Assembly: GCA_010093745.1 (NCBI GenBank) | Contig: MU005976.1 | Coordinates: 1-64,000, forward strand | Source of the DNA: Piedraia hortae CBS 480.64 | Lineage: Eukaryota | Direction of reading: 5' to 3' | DNA length: 64,000 nucleotides | Shown: positions 25,411-35,666 of the stretch, one piece after another | Layout: each line of letters opens with the position of its first letter | Position numbering within the stretch: the first letter of the stretch is position 1 | Position numbers and translations under genes: made by a program | The notes under the pieces: generated by a model | Told to the model about the DNA's origin: nothing | Databases searched by the model: none | Seen by the model: only the letters and a program-made list of their open reading frames with translations

Positions 25411-25909
25411 TCTTGCAGCGACCGCAAGCACGCTGCGAGGAACAAGTGAGGTGGAGGGAGACGCTAACGACGGAAATGTTCCGCTGAGGGGCAGCCGTTG
25501 GCAAAATTCCTCCACGTGGGCGGCCACAGCTTTCGAAATTCACTGCATGGACCATGAGATGCTGACACTCGACACTCCCCTATCCTTATCTCGCTCTCAC
25601 GCATAGTCGTGCCCTACAAGATCCAGCCTCACATCTCCTTTTTCTGGTCTGGCCCGACTCGTTGCTACCTATGGCCTCGCTCCTATCGGACTAGCATGAG
25701 TCGTGGTCAAGCGATTAGAGCTGGATCAAATACAAAATGGACTTGACCAGAAAGGAACTGAGCGAAATTCCATTAATTCCGGAGTACAAGGCACTTTAAC
25801 CGAAAACCTGAGGCTTGCCTATTTTCCTTTCTTCTCTACAGCTGGATCACATCCAAGCAACACTGTAAATTATTTAGGTACGCGATAGCAATCCTAATAT
25901 TGAAAGCAA

Positions 25910-26264
25910 GATGCCACTGTCGATGCCATAGGAGGGCGTCGGCGGGGAAGCCGTCAACTGGATGCTTGGGACCGTCAGCGCCTTCAATTCCCTCTTGGGC
26001 CTCTTGTTTGAGTTTCTTTCGCGTAAGCGAGAGAAGAAATCTAGGGCCGCTTTGGACCAGATTGCGGTCATGCTGGTCGCCATTGTCGCCACAGGGTGGA
26101 TCGACCAAGTGTCGACTAGCACCGACAAGGTCGGGGAGGCGATTGTGGCCGGCGTCAGAACGGCATTGGACACCTTGGCCGCTCGTCCACAGACCGAGCC
26201 AAGGAGGTTTCAGGCTCTGAGGTCGGGTTTTAGGACCACCTTGGGGCGTCTCAAGTGTTGTTGA
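25910..26264 (+). other. Short hydrophobic ORF immediately upstream of gag (possible element-borne ORF; an in-frame TAG follows ATG 25910, next ATG at 25962)
   Basis: 100-aa open frame with two hydrophobic stretches (AFNSLLGLLFEFL; IAVMLVAIVATGW) on the gag strand. No homology recognised. Confidence 0.3.
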
Positions 26265-26338
26265 GAAGTATCGCTGCCTGGGGTTCACAGAGCGAGAGCG
26301 TACTGTTGGCAAAGGTTTGTATTTCTGTTGATCATTGC

Positions 26339-27248
26339 ATGAGTTCTTCAGGTAGGCCGGCTCGACCTACCCATACGCCGCCGTCGGGACGACACCTCTC
26401 TTTGTCTCGTCACTCCACCCGAACACCAGTGGAGGAAAGAGTCGCCGCGGGATTCTGGCCCGATACCGGTCCACCAGACGAAGAGTATTCAGACTCAGAC
26501 GACGATCACCCCCCACTGGATACGCTCGGTCCGAAGATGGAGATTGACGAGAAGCCCCAGACGAGCTATGAAGTCAACGCGTCGGATGGGCAGACGTTCT
26601 CGGGGAAACCCGGCACGTTGTCCGGGTTCCTGACGCACGTGAAGTTGAAGGAACTCCTAGACAGTGATCTGGGTGAACGCCAGGATTAAATGCGCGTACA
26701 CGGCCAATCAGCTCCGGGGCTCGGCCCGGGAATGGTTCGTGCGTGCGCTGCCCGTGCGACCCCAGCTCCTGCAGCAGTGGAGCGTTCTGGAAGACGCTTT
26801 GGTAACCACGTTCGGCGAATCCGATGCAATCCGCCGGCAGCGTGATGAATACGCACTAGCTCACTTAAAGCAAACTTCGACCGTAACCCAGTTGGTGGCT
26901 CAATTGGAAGGCCTATGCGACACGCTGGGATGGGCCGAGGCAGCCAAACGCGGGTTGTTTGTCAATGCTCTTAAGGACCCGATACGCAAAGAAGTCCTAA
27001 AGGCGCCCCATGCGGGCTATGCCGAATTGAAGAGAATTGCGCAGACTGTCGAAGCTGCCCACGCATTGGTGGACGCCGGATCCACCGGAAGACGCACACG
27101 CCGTAGCAAGAAGTCAGGGAAACCCAAATGCCACCGTTGCCACAGACCGGGCCACGTACAGCGAGACTGCTACGCAAAGGCCACAGTGGAAGGCAAACCA
27201 ATCAACAGAAATACAAACCTTTGCCAACAGTACGCTCTCGCTCTGTGA
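26339..27248 (+). mobile_element. Ty3/gypsy-type gag (capsid plus CCHC nucleocapsid) with a 1-nt frameshift near 26686; no pol downstream
   Basis: TFSGKPGTLSGFL.., KCAYTANQLRGSAREW, LKQTSTVTQLVAQLEGL..LGW..LFVNALKDPIR and zinc knuckle CHRCHRPGHVQRDC. Confidence 0.85.
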
Positions 27249-28861
27249 ACCCTGCTACACCTCGCCCTGATAACAAAGACTGTACAAGGGAAAATCTTTT
27301 ATAGCAAGCACCCAAGGAGCATGATAAGAAGGACAATGGAGTAATGGAGTCGTATTTGATATTGTTTTGAACAAAGAAGCTACTTGGTATATGAGGTCGC
27401 TGATGAACAGCAGAGAATAATAATTCGAACAACTCAATCTTCAGAACGATTACGCTATGCACCAACTATCGTCCAACATCAAGCAATCTAGACTCGTTGG
27501 CAATGCCCGACACCTGTCAGGAGAGCGGCGCCAATCCGGTGAGGGACAAGACACCGAGATGGACGAGCTGCCGAGGCAAGAGGCCGTGAAACGGGGGCCC
27601 AGCGTGGCCTTCCTCCGCTTGTTTCGGCAATGATCGATGGTGTGATCAAGTTTCTGGCCGAACGTGACAGCTCACAGCAGCTGGCATCAGTGCTCCAGGA
27701 CTTCGCCAACGAACACCGGCGGGAGATGGCGGCAACTAAGGAGCTACTGGACAGGCCTGTGGGGGATACCTGCGTTACAGAAAATTATTGTTCGGCAATA
27801 CCCGGAGGGATATTTGGAGAGACATTGATTGGTAATGCCGGTGTTGTTTGTGGTTTGGCATCAGAGGTCTAGACGTTCGCCAGTCGCTCAGACCGGGTTG
27901 ATTTCTGGTTTTCTGCACTGTTCGTGTATTTAGTCTTGCCGTTTATACTGCCGGGCAGAGATTCGTTCGGCGTTCGTTGCTCGGTCCTTTGAGAATATCT
28001 ATCCTCTTGCCCGTCTACTTTGTCATTGGATCGTTCATCAATTCGGTTACAGTAATCCTCGCTCACACGAGAAAGAAGTTCCTGCTCCACCGACAGCTAT
28101 TTTGGTCAGTTAATGGGAATTCTTGCACGATTGTCCAACGTTTGCATAGACAACTCCGCCGACGTTCTCATTCTGATCGACTGAGCCTTGACGCCAATCT
28201 GAATTATTCCCTGGACCGCGACAGTTACAAATTCGAGCCGAGAAGAGATCGGCCAGCATGACAAATACTTTGCAGTTGGAAACTCAGTGCATATTAGAGA
28301 AGGATTGTAGATGCATGCTTAACTCCACCGGATCGCCAACCCTTTCTCCTGCTAAGCATCGGCCTCGGGTTGCCGTGTTGAGCCCCAGTACAGGATTCGG
28401 CTACCCGACATCGTACAAATAGAGATGTCGTTATTGAATATTGCTTTGTTAGCAACAACGATCAAGGTTGCATGATATCAGGTAGCTGTCGATTGAAGAA
28501 GTGAAGATTAGCTCAAGGGAGTAAGGTGTATGTGGGTGCTGATTCCAAAATACTGTGACCGGTAGGTCAGGCGAAAGATGGTTCTGAGGTCACGCCAGGA
28601 TGCAGGATGTCCGGGAGCGAGTCGGAAGACCATGCAATCTTGGCCATGCCCTACATGGCCTTCGTCTGGCCACGCAACCATAGACAAGGGGCCAACAACC
28701 TTGACGTCCAATAGTTTATGGACCAGAAACGCTTTGCCGAAGACAGAGCAGCTGTGGCAAAGTATAGGCTATAGACGATGACGAAAACCTGCATCAGGCT
28801 AGAGGGATCCGTTGCTATAAATCCGCCGTGCTGGCCCCTGATCAGCTTCATCCAAATCAAC

Positions 28862-29803
28862 ATGTCATCCAAAGGTCAACCTTTCATCAGCCTAATTCCA
28901 CCGCGACGGCAAGAAAAGAAGCCTCCATCGGCTTTCTTCGGCCAAGCCGCCCTCCACAACGTAATACAAACCACTCACTTCAAGTAGCTTAAACTAATAC
29001 AACCAAAGGTCTTGCGCGACCAATTCTCACTTGCAACATGGCTCTGCATGGGAGCGGTGCTGCAGGGCATACTCTACATGACCATCGGCAGACTATCGCT
29101 TCTACCAGCATGTTCCCTCCTCCTGTTTAAGACCCTGACCACAGCGGGCACATCTCTTTGCCTCCTCCGCAATCCATACATGGACCGAGTGATTCTCAAC
29201 AAGATCTCAACCCAGATCCCCGATGACCATGGCCAACAGGGCACCAAGCCCGCGAATGCAGAACTAGTAGTCTTCCTGATCGGAATCCAAGTCAACCATC
29301 CATTGGGAATCCTTGCCCCCGGCGTCAAGGCCACAGGCGACTACTTCGAGTCAATGACGCGCGACCTCGACGACAAAGCCGACGAATACGGCTTCATGGG
29401 CATGACAAGCTGGCTCAACGGCTCAGACCGGGAGTCGAAGAACATGCTTCTCAACGTCTGCTACTTCCGCTCCGTGGAAGGCCTGCACGAGTTCGCCCAT
29501 GATGCCCTCCACCGCAAAGGCTGGGATTTCTGGAACAAAATCTACAAAACCCATCCTCACATCACTCTGTACCACGAAATGTACCACGTCCCGCGCGGCA
29601 ATTACGAGAGCATCTTCATTAACTCCCGTCCGTCCCTCAGCGGCACAAACTTCACAAGCTATACAGACCCCAAGACAGGCGAGAAGATGTGGGCCAGTCC
29701 AGTGGTCGATGCAAGCAAAGGTCTCTTGCGCACGAGTGCGGGTCGCATGAGCCGCAGCGATGCCACTGAGAATGACAAATACGGTCCGGGATCTTATGCG
29801 TAG
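28862..29803 (+). CDS. DUF4188-family putative monooxygenase, intron 28961-29008
   Basis: LRDQFSLATWLCMGA, VVFLIGIQVNHPLG, YFRSVEGLHEFAH..HRKGWDFWN, HEMYHVPRGNYESIFIN; 48-nt GT..AG intron keeps the frame. Confidence 0.85.
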
Positions 29804-29898
29804 ATGGATGTAGAACCTAGAATATGCTCTCTGCCCTGTACATAGACGTCACAGTCGTCACTCGTTAATTCATCACTTGAGCCCCGCATTCACATGGC

Positions 29899-30780
29899 AT
29901 GTCGTCATCGACGACACCTCCTCCACCCTCCATCGAGGAAATGCACCCCAAACTCCCCCAACTAATAACCACAGCCCTCCTAATCCTCTATGCCTCCACC
30001 CGCAGAAAACTCACCCCAGCAGGGGCGGCGGCCGGCGGCATCTGTGCAGCGATCCACATCCTCGACCCCAGTCCCATACCCTTCGTCCTCCTCGTTACAT
30101 TCTTCCTCTCTGGAACGATAGTCACGCGTATTGGCCGCGAGGCGAAGAAGCAGATTACATCCCACCATATCACGAGCACGCCCTCGCCGAGGGTGGGCGA
30201 TGGGGAGAAGCGCTCCGCAACACAAGTCTTCTGCAACGCGGGCTTTGCGTGTCTGTTATCCCTGCTGCATGTGTGGGGAGGGTGGGATTTGCTGGTACTG
30301 GGGATCGTGGTTCATTATGCCGCTGTGGCGAGCGATACGTTCTCATCGGAGTTGGGGATTCTGGCTGTGCAGACGCCGGTGCTGATTACGAGTTTGAAGA
30401 GGGTGCCGAGGGGGACTAACGGGGGAGTTACATTGTTGGGACTGGGTTTCGGGGTTTTGGGGAGTGCGCTTATTGTGGGGGTCGCGGTTTTGGGGGAGGG
30501 GGGAAGGGTTGGGTTGGGAACGGGAGTTTATGTTATTCTCATGGGGGCGTTGGGGAGTGTGATTGATTCGGTTCTTGGGGCTACGGTGCAGAGTACGGCT
30601 GTTGATGAGAGAGGGAAGGTGATTGAAGGGTTTGGGGGCGTAACGGTACGGTTCGAGGGCGGGAAGACGTTGGGGAGGGATTTATTGTCCAACAATGGGG
30701 TTAACTTCGCGATGGCTGTTGCTACAAGTGTTTTTGCCATGACTGGAGCGTGGGCATTGGAACTGACATGGACTGCTTGA
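29899..30780 (+). CDS. DUF92/TMEM19-family integral membrane protein (start 29899 or 29941)
   Basis: RRKLTPAG, LLVTFFLSG, RSATQVFCN, SDTFSSELGIL, VPRGTNGGVTLLG, GSVIDSVLGATVQ, LSNNGVNF. Confidence 0.92.
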   Translation: MSSSTTPPPPSIEEMHPKLPQLITTALLILYASTRRKLTPAGAAAGGICAAIHILDPSPIPFVLLVTFFLSGTIVTRIGREAKKQITSHHITSTPSPRVGDGEKRSATQVFCNAGFACLLSLLHVWGGWDLLVLGIVVHYAAVASDTFSSELGILAVQTPVLITSLKRVPRGTNGGVTLLGLGFGVLGSALIVGVAVLGEGGRVGLGTGVYVILMGALGSVIDSVLGATVQSTAVDERGKVIEGFGGVTVRFEGGKTLGRDLLSNNGVNFAMAVATSVFAMTGAWALELTWTA

Positions 30781-31488
30781 TGAAATTCATGGTTCGCTAG
30801 CTACAGTACATAATTATGCTTCTTCAAGACCCAGGTCAAGTCCAAGAACTCGTTGAGAGATAGAAGGCTCGTCAGACGTCCATCACCGCCCGCCCGACCG
30901 AGCCGGCACGAAGCCAGACGCTAGGCCGAGCTGAGATCATCGCCGGCAATTGCACTTACCCGTAGGTCCGTCCAAGGCTGCAAGTGGCAGTCACCCTAAG
31001 GCGGCGCGGATCAGCTTATCACCCGAGTTGGAGTCAGTGGCTCTTGTAGAGAACACAGTAGCGGACGTTTACTATAGGAATGATTCCATGACTGGTATTT
31101 GGTCGGCAAGATAGTCGACGGTAGGCTCGGGTCCTTCTCACAGTAAAGTCGCTGAAGGAGAAGAAAAGAAGCAGCAGAAATTCTTTGAAAGATGTGTGCG
31201 GCGCACGGATCTTCGGGACGGGCCGCCCGAGATCAGATAGACCCCGCGGATATGAATCAGAGACGACACCAATCGCGTCATCTGTCGACAAATTTTATCG
31301 GGCTCTGGACCAATGAACGCTTTTGAATCCAAAGATGATTGGAGTTATTTGCCTTTTTCCGAAAGGCGGATGCTTCATTGGTACCAACTAAGACCAATTG
31401 GCTGTCTTCTTGAATCTAGAAACGATCATGAGGCCCAGGGGCTGAGCAAAACTACCGGCAAGCCTTAAACCGCCGTGTATGAAATGTC

Positions 31489-32823
31489 GTGTATGAATCG
31501 CTGTGGGGAAACTCCCAAAGTCTCCCTTTGATTGCCAAAGACTCCTGTTTGACGAACATTTCTTCTCGAGTATCCTCGGGGAAGACCGAACTTCCGATGA
31601 ATGCAAAGGGAGAAAAGCAAGTTGGCAGTGGCCAGAAGAAAGACACAGTTCCTGAGGAAGATGTCGATGGTGGGCGGCTTCGGACCATGGGCATCTACCC
31701 TGGACGCGATGATTTCGATTGGGGTGTTGTTAGGAGCCTTCTGAAGGCGAGGTTGTTGGCACCTTTCTGGTTCGGGTTCGGTGAAGACACTAAAGGCTGG
31801 ACAAACAATCAGATCTGCGACGCCATTCGTGAGCAAACATCTTTGGCCATAGTCCCATTCCCATCCAAGTCAGGAAGATCGGCAAATGCCCCAGTCGTAC
31901 CGCTGCCACAATGCCGTTTGGATCGCAGTCGTCCGTTGAAGAGACCGTTCTTTCTGCGCAGGTGGTTCAAGAGGCTTGTCTCGGTATTTAAACAAGAGAA
32001 ACCGCCGCAAGGTCGGATTCTCCCGATGTCCCGGGTTTCAATCTCCCCGCTTGAGACCCTGATCGCTCTTCGCCTTTACAAGGAGACTGTAGAATGCGAC
32101 ATTTGCTTCTACAATTACCCTCCTTTTCTGAACCAAACCAGTTGCTGTGGTAAGGCCATCTGCACCGAGTGCTTTGTACAATTGAAAAGATCTGAACCTC
32201 ATCACATTGCACCGGAGCAAGGACGTTCCGGCGGCCCTAGAGAGGTTGAACCTGATAACCTGGTGTCAGATCCAGCTGCGTGTCCTTATTGTTTGGCAGG
32301 TGAGTTTGGGGTCACCTACGATCCACCACCGTTCCGCCATGGCTTACCATACGAGGCCTCGCCGGTGCCTTTGCAGAACAAAGTGTCGTCGTCTGCATCG
32401 GGCAAACGAGCAAAAGCGATAGTCACGCCGGATATCGTGCATCCAGACTGGGAAGCAAAGTTGGAGAAGGCAAAGGAGGATGCCAGACGGCGGCTGGCTG
32501 AAGGCGAAGCACTCGAGGGAGATCAGGGCGATCAATTCAGGCTGTTGCATTTGCAAAATGAACGGGCACACAGCGAAAGCCACAGATCAATGAACCAACC
32601 TCTTACGGAGGATGAGATGTACTCTTTGACTGAGGAGAGGATGGTGGAAATCGCGACTCAACAGTCGCTGCTTGATGAGCATAAGCGGAATGAGAAGAGT
32701 CTGACGGAGAAATTGGAGCGAGTTGAGCTCGTCCAGCGGAATGCGGAGGGAAGCTTGACTATTGGGAATCAACTCAGCCACCGCCATTCGTTTCTAAGCG
32801 GTACACTAACCAGCGCCTGCTAA
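31489..32823 (+). CDS. SIP5: Sip5-like protein (Snf1/Reg1-interacting; RING-like zinc finger); start uncertain
   Basis: EDVDGGRL..GIY..DFDWGVVRSLLKARLLAPFW; ECDICFYNYPPFLNQTSCCGKAICTECFVQLKR; PAACPYC..EFGVTYDPPPFRHGL; TPDIVHPDWEAKL. Confidence 0.85.
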   Translation: MYESLWGNSQSLPLIAKDSCLTNISSRVSSGKTELPMNAKGEKQVGSGQKKDTVPEEDVDGGRLRTMGIYPGRDDFDWGVVRSLLKARLLAPFWFGFGEDTKGWTNNQICDAIREQTSLAIVPFPSKSGRSANAPVVPLPQCRLDRSRPLKRPFFLRRWFKRLVSVFKQEKPPQGRILPMSRVSISPLETLIALRLYKETVECDICFYNYPPFLNQTSCCGKAICTECFVQLKRSEPHHIAPEQGRSGGPREVEPDNLVSDPAACPYCLAGEFGVTYDPPPFRHGLPYEASPVPLQNKVSSSASGKRAKAIVTPDIVHPDWEAKLEKAKEDARRRLAEGEALEGDQGDQFRLLHLQNERAHSESHRSMNQPLTEDEMYSLTEERMVEIATQQSLLDEHKRNEKSLTEKLERVELVQRNAEGSLTIGNQLSHRHSFLSGTLTSAC

Positions 32824-32926
32824 TCTGCAGTGTTGCGATTACATCAAAGCGTCAGTTGGATAAAATGCTACATCAGGCATGTCTCATAAACCACCACAAC
32901 TCCATAAAAAGGAATGAACAGACCTT

Positions 32927-33559
32927 CTAGCCCAGACCAAACAAAACCAAGAGTAAAATGGCCACCAAGACGCCGATGGTCACCCAACTCCAGTTGCCCT
33001 TTCCCTTTCTCGCAACATCATCCAGCCGCCTTCTCGCTCTATCCAGTCTGCCCGTGTGTCGGTCAACTCCAGCCTCCAAGTCGTCCAGCAACGCATTGTG
33101 TTCGTCCAACTCGTTTCCAATCGCGATGCCCATCATGCGCTGTCTGCCCAGGCTCTGGCCCAGCACATCCAGCTGTTCGTCCTGCTCCTGTAGCATTTCT
33201 GAATTTCTCTCGTAGACCTGGACGTTGTTCATGTGCTGTGTTTCCGGCTGATCTGTGTAGCGCTCCTGTTCCTGTGACGCGAACAATTGCTTCCTCCGCT
33301 CGTCCTCGTCCTCATCCGGCAAATCCTTGAACGGCACAAAAATCAACTCTGGCCGCCTGCCATGGAACCTTTCATAGAGCTCCTCGTACGTCCTCTGCAG
33401 CTTAGCGTCTGGCTGGTCATCGAGTCCAATGCGGAGCTGTTCCAACGAGCGCTCAATCTCGCCGTCATGGTTTCCCTTGGCCTCTAGCTGCAGCAGTAGG
33501 TCCCTCTCGCGCTCTAGAAGAAAAAGCTTTATCCTATCAGCGATCAGCTGCAGCGACAT
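32927..33559 (-). CDS. SYN8: Qc-SNARE, syntaxin-8-like
   Basis: LQLIADRIKLFLLERER N-terminus, SNARE motif EQDEQLDVLGQSLGRQRMMGIAIGNELDEH..LLDDL, C-terminal TM anchor. Confidence 0.88.
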   Translation of the reverse strand: MSLQLIADRIKLFLLERERDLLLQLEAKGNHDGEIERSLEQLRIGLDDQPDAKLQRTYEELYERFHGRRPELIFVPFKDLPDEDEDERRKQLFASQEQERYTDQPETQHMNNVQVYERNSEMLQEQDEQLDVLGQSLGRQRMMGIAIGNELDEHNALLDDLEAGVDRHTGRLDRARRRLDDVARKGKGNWSWVTIGVLVAILLLVLFGLG

Positions 33560-33771
33560 GGTGACTGTTGTCGCCGTCTGCAGGCCCTCGGTAGAAGCGA
33601 CGTCACTGCGCTAGTTTCATTGGGCTCAGCCCCAACGCTAAGCTAAGCCCCGCAAAGCATCCACACTAAGCCCAACAAGGTAGCGATTCTGAACTCGGAT
33701 AAGGCAACCACACTAAACCCAAACAAGAAATCAGAACGACATCTGACACGTCGACGACATCTCGAAGTTCA

Positions 33772-34884
33772 ATGGACCGCTTCGGCCCACGGCGGCAACT
33801 GGAAGCCGCCAAATTCCTCAACCCGCCGGAGCGGCCATCAGTGGATCTGCGGCTACTAGAATACGCCGCGACGCCGGACGAAAACCTCGTTTGTCCCATC
33901 TGCCGCTCTCCCTTTATCGATCCCGTCGTCCTCACTGAGTGTGATCACTGCTTCTGTCGCGGTTGCATCCGTCGAGCGTGGGAGAATTCGTCTATCTACT
34001 CACCACTTGGCCCCCGCGGAAAGTGTCCGACGTGTCGAACCGAGGCCAAACTAGGCCCCAGAGCGCACAGCGGAGAGGGCAGAATCCTGGCCAACATCCT
34101 TGATGATTTACTTGTCTGCTGTCCAAGAAAGGACGAAGGCTGTGAAGTCGTCACCAAGAGGGGTCATGTGCAGGTCCACGTTGACCTATACTGCGGTTTT
34201 GAAAAGGTCGACTGCGTTGAATGTGGGCTCGAGGTGAGGAGAAGGGACGCTTCGCGCTGTGAGCATGTTGAGATCTGTTGTCTAACGTGTCGACAAACCA
34301 TGAATCTTGCCGAATTGGAATGGCATCTGGCGCGTTGTGGGAGTTCTGAACCAGAGGCAAAACTCTTGACCTGTCCCGGTGTTGCCCTCGGCTGTAACGG
34401 CCTAGGAGAAGGTCATGTTTCCGCTTGTTCCCTTGCCAAAGTCGCTCCCGCGCTGGAAACACAATCGGTTCGGTTGGAAGAGCATCAGCTCGCCCAAACC
34501 GTTCTCTGGCAGAGACTCCAAGTTCTCGAACGCGGTTATGGCAACCTGCGAGCTATCATGCATCTGGAGGAACCTCCCGAGCATTTCTCGCCCGAAGACG
34601 GTCCAACTCCACCTTATACTTCCCCAGTCCATCACCTGCTCTCCATGCACGAGGCGCTGAGGGAGGAGTTGGCTCGTGTCTCGGCGGCTTTGCACGAGCT
34701 AGATGGCCGCCACAGCATGCAAAACCTCAATGAGAATCTCCGAACTAGAGAGGAAGTCCGTGTTCTGGGAGCTCAGGTCGCCGGTCTCGCCAGACAAGTC
34801 CACTGGCTGACGGCGTGCCAGTGGCCGAAGCCCCTTCCTGGTATAAGACCAAATGTCGGCGACGACGGGAGGACGAAGCTATGA
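33772..34884 (+). CDS. C3HC4 RING plus TRAF-type zinc-finger protein (putative E3 ligase)
   Basis: CPICRSPF..ECDHCFCRGC..CPTCR; CP..GC..H..C TRAF-like fingers; C-terminal coiled coil. Confidence 0.88.
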   Translation: MDRFGPRRQLEAAKFLNPPERPSVDLRLLEYAATPDENLVCPICRSPFIDPVVLTECDHCFCRGCIRRAWENSSIYSPLGPRGKCPTCRTEAKLGPRAHSGEGRILANILDDLLVCCPRKDEGCEVVTKRGHVQVHVDLYCGFEKVDCVECGLEVRRRDASRCEHVEICCLTCRQTMNLAELEWHLARCGSSEPEAKLLTCPGVALGCNGLGEGHVSACSLAKVAPALETQSVRLEEHQLAQTVLWQRLQVLERGYGNLRAIMHLEEPPEHFSPEDGPTPPYTSPVHHLLSMHEALREELARVSAALHELDGRHSMQNLNENLRTREEVRVLGAQVAGLARQVHWLTACQWPKPLPGIRPNVGDDGRTKL

Positions 34885-35171
34885 GCTTTTTACTTGCAAT
34901 GTTTTACGATTCAATGCTATCATGTTGTCCAAGTGTGTATGGTTTGATTTTGATAGAAAATTGTCTTTTAATCCTCTTCGTATGCACAGATGGTGATCAA
35001 GGGGATCGCCTCTATAAGACCAACCCTCCTAAACCCCCCTCTGGAGATCAAAAGCCGTGAACGTTCTTGACGAGATGATGAGCCGGGAAGTCGGTCCTTG
35101 GAAGGGGGGTTGGACACGGCGGCAGCCATTCTAGGTCAGTCGTCTGATGTAATCGCATTGCCATGCGATTT

Positions 35172-35596
35172 ATTGTCTAGGTAGCCCCGGAAAGGACGAG
35201 TTTTTTCCCACGGGTCTTGTCATCGCCACAAGATAAAAACATGGGCGCAGCGAAGGCTGAGACTCAACAATCTTGTCTAGGTTGAAACGTTAGGTGGATC
35301 TGAAGCACATAGGTATTGAACGCTTTGGGACTTTTGATAATCTTTTGAATTGAGAAAAAAAAGTTTCGTGCTGGCGGGAAAGAAAATTTGGTATTATGCC
35401 GTTTTCCTAGCGGTGGGGTACATAGGATAAAGCACATATTTCTGTTTCCGAAGGAGAACGAAGCGGCATGATGCAGCCCCGCTATAGCGCATTTGACTGC
35501 TGTCGCATGAAAAAATTGCAGCTTCTTCGGGAATCTGGAAAAGTTCTTCCTATTAAGGGAGCAACCAAAGCCCATCCTCCCGGGCCTAGATAATCC
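35172..35596. repeat. Possible degenerate MITE-like element with imperfect inverted ends
   Basis: ATTGTCTAGGTAGCCCCGGAAAGGACGAGTTT at the left end versus the reverse complement of the right end, ATTATCTAGGCCCGGGAGGATGGGCTTT. AT-richer noncoding interior; no TSD; single copy. Confidence 0.3.
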
Positions 35597-35666
35597 CAAA
35601 TGCCATCCACAGCTCTTTACGACATACACGCATGAATAGGCTTACCAAACGTGCTTTCTGCCAATT

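Noticed and set aside
26664..26700. Programmed ribosomal frameshift in gag
   Set aside because: The shift falls inside the capsid region rather than at a gag-pol junction, with no slippery heptamer or Ty-type +1 site; a 1-nt insertion is the simpler explanation.
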